A model generated the notes under the pieces. It did no database searches. It was not told the origin of the DNA and saw nothing but the letters and a program-made list of their open reading frames with translations. The position numbers and the translations under genes were made by a program. Below are positions 56,883 through 64,000 of a stretch of DNA of 64,000 bases, piece after piece; the stretch's first letter is position 1, and every line of letters begins with the position of its first letter. The stretch comes from Octopus vulgaris (Eukaryota): positions 15,066,001 through 15,130,000 of the forward strand of contig OX597834.1 of NCBI GenBank assembly GCA_951406725.2, read 5' to 3'.

Positions 56883-58318
56883 CAACTAGGAAAGAATATT
56901 AAAACAATAATTTAGAGTCTTTTGCTGAATAAATCATATATAATAATGGCACCATAAGAATGATTCACCAAGGCCATCAAGAAAGACATCACCGAATGAA
57001 GAAATGCAAGAATCGAGAAAGGCCTTGGCATTAAGAAATACCAAAATTTCTTGATGAAACACCTTAGAAGCTTCCACAGGGTATTAGCAGCAGTAACAAT
57101 ACGATGGCTGGATGAAAAAGAAACGGTAGCGCAGAAGAGAATTAACACATGGAAATGATATTGGAGGAGAAAATATAATTATTGCCTTCACACAAATATA
57201 TCAGAGACAACCGGTAGTACAGAACGCTAATTTCCATGCAAGAAATATATAAAAACGTTGCAAGAATATGAATCAGAATCGATATAACCTCGAACCAAAT
57301 ATGGTACGTTACAAAAATTCGCTACGATTATTTGGGATGAATCTGTTATTATCGTAAAAACTGATGTATGTATATCCCGCAAATATTTTTATTTAGTACT
57401 CTAACGAAAATATCTGTAGGTGCAGGTGGCTGGGTGGTAAGAAGTATGTTTCCCATGGTCGGACGGAAAACTTGAAGTATTGGACATTTGGACTCAAAAA
57501 GAGTCTACAAAATGTAATAAAAAGTGAGAGGTTTATTGTCTCGTGTATGTGATTTTTTTCAATATTGAACTATGTACGAGGTTTATAGCGTCACTGTGTT
57601 TTAAAAAGAAAAGAAAAAAAAGAATTCTGAACTATGTAAGAGGTTTGTTGCCTCGTGTTTTTTATAAAAAAAAAAAAGAAAAAAGAACAATGTTTTAGAG
57701 AAGCAAAAGTCGGCGGGCGCTTTTCGTCTTCTCCCATCCTTATCATCCTTGCATCATTATCATTCGTCCCATTAATGTCTGTGTCCAGCCCGCAAGCTTC
57801 TATCTGTGTACTGCCCTTGTGGCAAATTAAATGAAATAAAGAAGTATGTTTCCCAACCACATATTTCAGGATTGAGTCCCGCTGCGTGTCACTTTTGGCA
57901 AGCGTCTTCTGCTAAAACCTCGGGCCGACCAAAACATTTTGAGTGTATTTGGTAGGCGAATCTGAAACAAGCCCATATTACATATGCTACAGTTCAAAAG
58001 TTTAAGATCACCTAAATTTATTTTAAATAAACATGTACAAAATGGAAATGACTGAAAGATTCTGGAGAAATATTTCATTAATGTATAGTGTCCAGTTTTA
58101 AAAAAGTATGGGAGTCGATTCATTCGATTAAAATTTCTTCAAGGCGGTGCCCCAGCATGGCCGCAGTCTTATAACTGAAACGAGTAAAGAAATAAAAGTC
58201 AAGAAGGTATAATTTCATTGAAATTTTTTTTATTTGCTCTGACCAAATTATTAAAAGGCAATGGAGAAGATGTCAATTCGCATGCATACAAAAATTCAAA
58301 TGAGCAAAAGATATACGG

Positions 58319-58375
<57 letters not shown>

Positions 58376-58376
<1 letters not shown>

Positions 58377-58555
58377 CGCTAGCCACTACACATTCTTTAT
58401 TTTCTCTTCTTGTTTCTTTCTGTGTTCCTTTCTGTGGAAGAGCGTAGGCCCGAAACGTTGAGGACTTTTTCCTTTCCAACCGTTATACTAACACATCTGT
58501 TTGTTGTCTACACCACCTATCTTCGTCTTTTGCTTTTCCTTGTGAATTCTCCCTA
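58376..58555 (+). mobile_element. Short Penelope-type repeat P2 with minimal hammerhead-like motif
   Basis: 58428-58463 reads CTTT-CTGTGGA-A-GAGC-GTAG-GCCC-GAAA-CGT-T-GAGG. Lies between (TA)n tracts. Confidence 0.6.
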
Positions 58556-58565
58556 TATATATATA

Positions 58566-58655
58566 TTTCCTGAGCGTCAATAATACTTTAATTGTTGCAC
58601 GTCCTGCGTTGGTGTGTTTTTTCTCTTTTTTTTCTGTGTTTTCTTGTTTGGATTA

Positions 58656-58660
<5 letters not shown>
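58566..58660 (+). mobile_element. 3' fragment of repeat P1
   Basis: TTCCTGAGCGTCAATAATAC...TTCTTGTTTGGATTAACTTT(AT)n matches the reverse complement of 14118-14202. Confidence 0.65.
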
Positions 58661-58702
<42 letters not shown>

Positions 58703-59559
58703 TGCCATTAAGGAGAATTGAAACCGAAACCACGTTGTGGCAAAGTGGGCTTCTTAACCACACACCTATGCCTGAATGCAACGCAACAGAACAGGAGGAA
58801 CAGATAGAAGACGAAGGAGAGGAAGAAGAAGAAGTGGAGGAAAGGAGCAAAGAAGAAGAAGAAGAAGAAGAAGAAGAAGAAGAAGAAGAAGATGATGATG
58901 CTGATGATGATGATGATGATGAAGAAGAAGAAGAAGAAGATGATGATGATGATGATGATGATGATGAAGAAGAAGAAGAAGAAGAAGAAGAAGAAGAAGA
59001 AGAAGAAGGAGGAGGAGGAGGAGGAGAGGGAGATGAAGAAGACTATTATAGGTGGAGGACAAGGGGACATCGGTTGACGCCAACAATGTCAATAATGAAT
59101 GAAACAAATTTAATGATGTTATAAACCCCGAGGCCAACAGATCCACCGCCTTGAAAACCCCTCGACCCATCCCTACCACCACGTACTTTCGGTAATTTCT
59201 GACACTTGACGACTTCCTCACAGTGCAGTTTAGAGATTTCAAGAATGCAAGGAGATGCAAGGAGAAAGAGAACTGTTGTGATAGCAGTTGTGGTATTTGA
59301 AGTAAATACTCACTCACTCATCAAGTAGCTTCTATAGAAGATTGAACAATTAGCACTAAAATTAAATAACAATGAACTGAAATAGACTGAAATAGCCATT
59401 CGGCTGTCCACTTCTCACTCGCTGTATATTAGGGGAAGAAAGGAACAGTAGAAATAATTACTACGTAGAATTCTAGTTGCACTGAGGATATGTGTGTCTG
59501 TGTTTGCATGTCCTTATGTGCATGTGTGCTTTGTTTTGTCAGTGCGTTTTTGGTATGTA

Positions 59560-60003
59560 TTTGTGTGCAGTGTCTTTAGGTCACGATGAAAGGTTTCTCC
59601 TTTGAATTCAGTTTGGTTGTCCTCAAAATACTAAAACACCTGATGCCGGTGGAATGTAACAACGATCGAAACACTGTTGATATATTATATTTGCTGGTCA
59701 CTGTTTTTTATTTTAAAATGTGTACTCGGCAATATTTGATACTATATTTTGGAGAATCCTTCCCTCCAGTAAACGACTTTGTGTGCAGTGTCTTTAGGTC
59801 ACGATGAAAGGTTTCTCCTTTGAATTCAGTTTGGTTGTCCTGAAAATACTAAAAAACCTGATGCCGGTGGAATGTAAAAACGATTGAAATACTGTTGATA
59901 TATAGCACTTGCTGGTCACTGTTTTTTTTTTTTGGGGGGTTCATGTTTACTCGGCAATATTTGATACTAAATTTTGGAGAATATTTCTCTCTAGTAAACG
60001 ACT
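59560..60003. repeat. Tandem duplication, 218-bp period, 2 copies
   Basis: TTTGTGTGCAGTGTCTTTAGGTCACGATG at 59560 and 59778; both units end GTAAACGACT. Confidence 0.95.
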
Positions 60004-60739
60004 AATTCTTTAGTCACTAACATTAATGTTCCTGGTTGAGACACACAGACTAACGACCTATCAAAGTTAGCAAAAGTTAATAGTAAATAAAATTTGATTA
60101 CAGTATCACTAAGAGTAAAACATCGGACGTCGGTCGGATATTAACGGAATCTCTTAATACAGATATTGAAAAAAAATATATGAAATAAAGATATTTAAAC
60201 ATGATAGAATCAAAACTACAGCAGTAGCAGCAGCAGCAGTAGAGGCGGCGGCGGCGGTGGTGGTGGTTGTTTTGGTGGTGGTAGTGGTGGCGGCGGTGGT
60301 GGTGTCGGTGGCGGCGGCGGCGGCGGCGGTGGTGGTGGTGGTGGTGGTGGTGGTGGTGGTGTAGGTGGTGGTGGTGGTGGTGATGGTCGTGGTGGTGGTG
60401 GTGGTGGTGGTGGTGATAGTAGTAGTAGTAGTAGTAGGAGTATAAACACAACCCAACCAAAAAAACTATTGCCTGATCATTCAGAAGTGTATCAAATTGT
60501 TATTAAATATAATATGGCATTAAAATAATATTAACATATACATAGTGAAAGGTGGCGAGCTGGCTGAACCGTTAGCATGCCGGGCAAAATGCTCAGCGAC
60601 ATTTCGTCCGTCTCTACGTTCTGAGTTCAAATTTTTGGAGACGATAAAATAATTACCAGTTGAATACTGTTGTCGATTTAATTGATCTCTTCTCTCTCTC
60701 CCAGAACTGCAGGCCTTGCGCCAACATTTGTTTTTGTTT

Positions 60740-61025
60740 GTTACTACTCGAGCCATGCCTTGCTCATAAGGGCCGGTGTCCCGGTTTCCGTGGCGTATCG
60801 GTTCCCCACCTGGACGGGACGCCGGTCCGTCGCAGGTGAGCTGCAATGTGCAGGAAGAAAGGATGAGAGAAACTTGTGGCGAAAGAGTTAGCAGAAGTTC
60901 GCCGTTACCTTCTGCCGGAGCCGCGTGGAGCTCAGGCATTTCGCTCATAAACACGCACGTCGGTCTGAGATTCGACCCGGCGATCCCGAGTCCGCTGCTC
61001 TAACCACTAAGCCATGTACCTCCAC
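60740..61025 (-). mobile_element. tRNA-derived SINE nested in the tail of a family B SINE
   Basis: Head TGGCTTAGTGGTTAGAGCAGCGGACTCGGGATC; homologous to 50285-50560. Confidence 0.75.
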
Positions 61026-61300
61026 GCCAAAATTTGTAATCAATGTATACGTAGATACGATGAGCTGGCAGAATTGTTAACACGCTGGGCATAATGCTTA
61101 GCGGCATTTTGCCTGCCTTAACGTTCTGAGTTCAAATTCTGAAGAGGTTGAATTTACCTTTTATCCCTTCAGGGACGAAAAAATAAATACCAGCTGAGTA
61201 CTGAGGTCGATGTAATTGACTTTGCCCCCTTCCATGAAATTGCTGGGCCTGTGCCCTTATTTGAATCCAACACACACACACACATATAAATATATATATA

Positions 61301-61533
61301 CAGGGTTGGTCAAAAGCCACAAACAGTAGATAAAAGCCTTTTAATTCCAAGATTTATTTATGTTTAACAACTGAATGAATTTAATTAAAACATCTAAATA
61401 TGAAGCAGTCTGAAGATTGTTCAAACTGAAGTCCTTCTTCAGCGACACCATTTTCCCGAACGAATAACTAAAACTGAATATTAAGTATTTATAGGATTTT
61501 GATTTACTGTCGGGTAACTTTTGGCCAAACATG
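61301..61533. mobile_element. Tc1/mariner-type MITE
   Basis: ~40-bp imperfect TIRs: CAGGGTTGGTCAAAAGCCACAAACAGTAGATAAAAGCC versus reverse complement CATGTTTGGCCAAAAGTTACCCGACAGTAAATCAAAATCC. TA on the left flank. Confidence 0.7.
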
Positions 61534-61794
61534 TGTATATATATACATACGTAAATATATGTGTGAATATACGTGTCTGTGTGTGTGTGTGTGTTATGAA
61601 TGTGCTTTCAAAGTGTGTGCACACGACTGCTACTTCCTGCATTAATAATACGAGTTACTCGTGGTATAAGTATGTTCCGACACGTAGCAACATTTACGCT
61701 GTGCAAAGAATTATTAATAGTCGCTAGTGAAATACAGGACACACAAACAGAAACACACACACACACGCACACACAGAAGAACGCACATATATAA

Positions 61795-61840
<46 letters not shown>

Positions 61841-61983
61841 CATTACGTATGTGTGTATGTTGATGCATCTTATTGCGTGTATATATATATATTCTCATAT
61901 ATGCATACGTACACATATATATAATGCAAACATGCGAGTACACGTACCGACACACGTATAAAGAGAACTAAATACATATACAC

Positions 61984-62072
<89 letters not shown>

Positions 62073-62178
62073 CATACATATATATGCATATATATATATG
62101 TTTATATATATATATATATATACATACATATATATGCATATATATATAAATATGTATATATATATATATATATATACA

Positions 62179-62210
<32 letters not shown>

Positions 62211-62269
62211 CTAATGAGTACATCGCACATACTCTCTCACTCTTTCTCTCTCTTTGTGCTTGTGTGTGC

Positions 62270-62318
<49 letters not shown>

Positions 62319-63044
62319 GGCATATATACATTAACATATATCTGTATACTCAGAAATATACATGAGCGCATACAAAGATTAATGCATCGAAACATTCGCA
62401 CGTAACTATACACACACACACACATACACACATACATACATGCACACGCACACACACACACTCACGCACACACACGCACACGCACACGCATACACACATA
62501 TCCTACATTCGAAAAACACTTTCCAGAACAAACACTTATTTCTAAATAAATGATCATTACTTCATCAGGTAGCTAGCGAAGAATATGACAAATGATAGGT
62601 TTTCAATTTTCTGGATATAGAAGACGCTTCTCGGCGTGAATATTTTCTGTCACTTATGTGAAAACAAAAATAAGAAAACTAATTAACTCTTAATGAACCG
62701 TTATCTTGCGGTGTAGAATCATATTTCATGGAGAATTAGTTCACAACTTGCTACTTGATTAATATTGCTTTCGCGAACGAAAGTGTAGGAATAATAATCC
62801 AGATTTCGGCTGAAGATGCTTCCACTCGCCATGACTGGCACGTGCTAGCGTTGAGAGGAAGGAAGTATACGGATATTGAATAACAGCGTTAGTAACAAGT
62901 GTGTACGGATACAAACGTGCAAATGGTGGGGAATATATTATTACACGCTGGTACACAGAAACTCACAGGTGTATTAATATAAGGGAAGTATGTTATGGAA
63001 GTGATAGAGGAAGACAGTGAGGACGAGAGGGAAATAGATTGGTC

Positions 63045-63101
<57 letters not shown>

Positions 63102-63201
63102 GACGACAGACAGACAGACAATAAACAGACAGATAGATAGATAGTTTGACTGATTGATAAGAGGGTAGATAGATTGATATATATATATATATATAGATAT
63201 G

Positions 63202-64000
63202 TTTCTTTATTAGCCACACAGGGCTGCACACAGATAGAACAAATTACAAGGTAGAGCTTTTCTTTTGAAGGTTTAAGAAAGAAAAAAAAAAAAAAAAAAA
63301 AAAAGGAAGGGGAGTTTCGATCAAAAGGGATCGTAAAAGGAGAGAAAGAGGACAAAAAAAAGGGGGGTTTAAAAAAAAGGGGGGGGGAAATTGATCAATA
63401 GGGATCGTTATCACAGAAATGTCAATATGAAGTGTAAAGGGGAGGACAGGTGAGGTTTACCCGTGCAAAGAAAAGCCTACGGAAAAGACCACGGTAACCT
63501 CGGTCAATGATGTCACATTTTATATTTCTTTTTTTTTTTTTTTTGCAAATAAGCAACTCTCTGTTTTCGATTTCTGGGTTCATAGGACTATGCTCAAGGT
63601 GGCTTCGTCATTCATACGTGCCATTCTTGCTACATTCACCCATCTTTTTTTAAAACATTCGCTAGACAAAACTTGCCTCTCTACTCTCACTTTCCTTTTC
63701 AAGTGGTACTTGAAGAAGTTGATGAGAGATTGACCAGAGAGGAAAGTGTTTGTCTCCAATCCTTTCAGACGCGTCCACCAGATACATTCTTTCACCATAG
63801 CCACAAGGATGATGAAAATAGCTCTTCCTTCCCGTTTGAAGGAAGGAGGCGTGACAATATTGACGATAGACTCAGCTGATAAACCGACTCGTCCCACACG
63901 TGACAGCAGTTGTTCGACATAAGCCCACAGGTCGGAAATTGTTGGACACTGAACGAGTGCGTGCAGAACGGTTTCGTCGCTCTGACCGCATCTCGGGCAG
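63202..64000 (-). mobile_element. Tx1/L1-clade non-LTR retrotransposon, 3' end (continues beyond window edge)
   Basis: ORF2 C-terminus with zf-RVT motif, then a ~380-nt 3' UTR with T tracts. It ends AGCCCTGTGTGGCTAATAAAGAAA against a (TA)n/(TATC)n tract. Confidence 0.85.
63580..63999 (-). CDS. LINE ORF2 C-terminal region with CCHC zinc finger (zf-RVT); partial, open to window edge
   Basis: Reads CPRCGQSDETVLHALVQCPTISDLWAYVEQLL...KECIWWTR...RW: C-x2-C-x8-H-x4-C followed by the W-rich region typical of Tx1/L1 ORF2. No internal stop in 139 codons. Confidence 0.85.
   Translation of the reverse strand, partial: CPRCGQSDETVLHALVQCPTISDLWAYVEQLLSRVGRVGLSAESIVNIVTPPSFKREGRAIFIILVAMVKECIWWTRLKGLETNTFLSGQSLINFFKYHLKRKVRVERQVLSSECFKKRWVNVARMARMNDEATLSIVL

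Larger units (their letters stand above)
55760..57350 (+). pseudogene. Possible highly decayed R4/Dong-type LINE RT fragments interrupted by SINEs
   Basis: ~57021-57110 reads GLGIKKYQNFLMKHLRSFHRVLAA, resembling the PG.D.I.NFWLK.L...H..LA stretch of R4/Dong RT. Otherwise riddled with stops. Confidence 0.3.

Noticed and set aside
58699-59124. Acidic E/D-rich ORF
   Set aside because: A (GAA)n/(GAT)n microsatellite preceded by a SINE head fragment.

Overview
AT-rich, repeat-saturated eukaryotic DNA that reads as a gene desert or giant intron. The SINE families and the (TA)n/(GATA)n/(ATT)n density resemble Octopus genomes; this is recognised from memory, not from a search. No host protein-coding exon could be supported, and nearly all ORFs in the track are translated microsatellites. 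Supported content: three tRNA-derived SINE groups, the 3' end of a Tx1/L1-clade LINE running off the right edge, a decayed Penelope GIY-YIG remnant, short Penelope-type repeats with minimal hammerhead-ribozyme motifs, an internally deleted DD37D (maT) Tc1/mariner element, MITEs, (AAT)n-associated LINE 3' fragments and very long triplet tracts. Three observations stand out. (1) One SINE subfamily shares its 3' tail with the Tx1-type LINE, ends precisely at AAAGAAATA, inserts at GC|RG sites and nests into itself. (2) Two related hammerhead-bearing repeats occur in the same order at two loci, one with an A6U-variant core. (3) There are many local inverted (fold-back) duplications.
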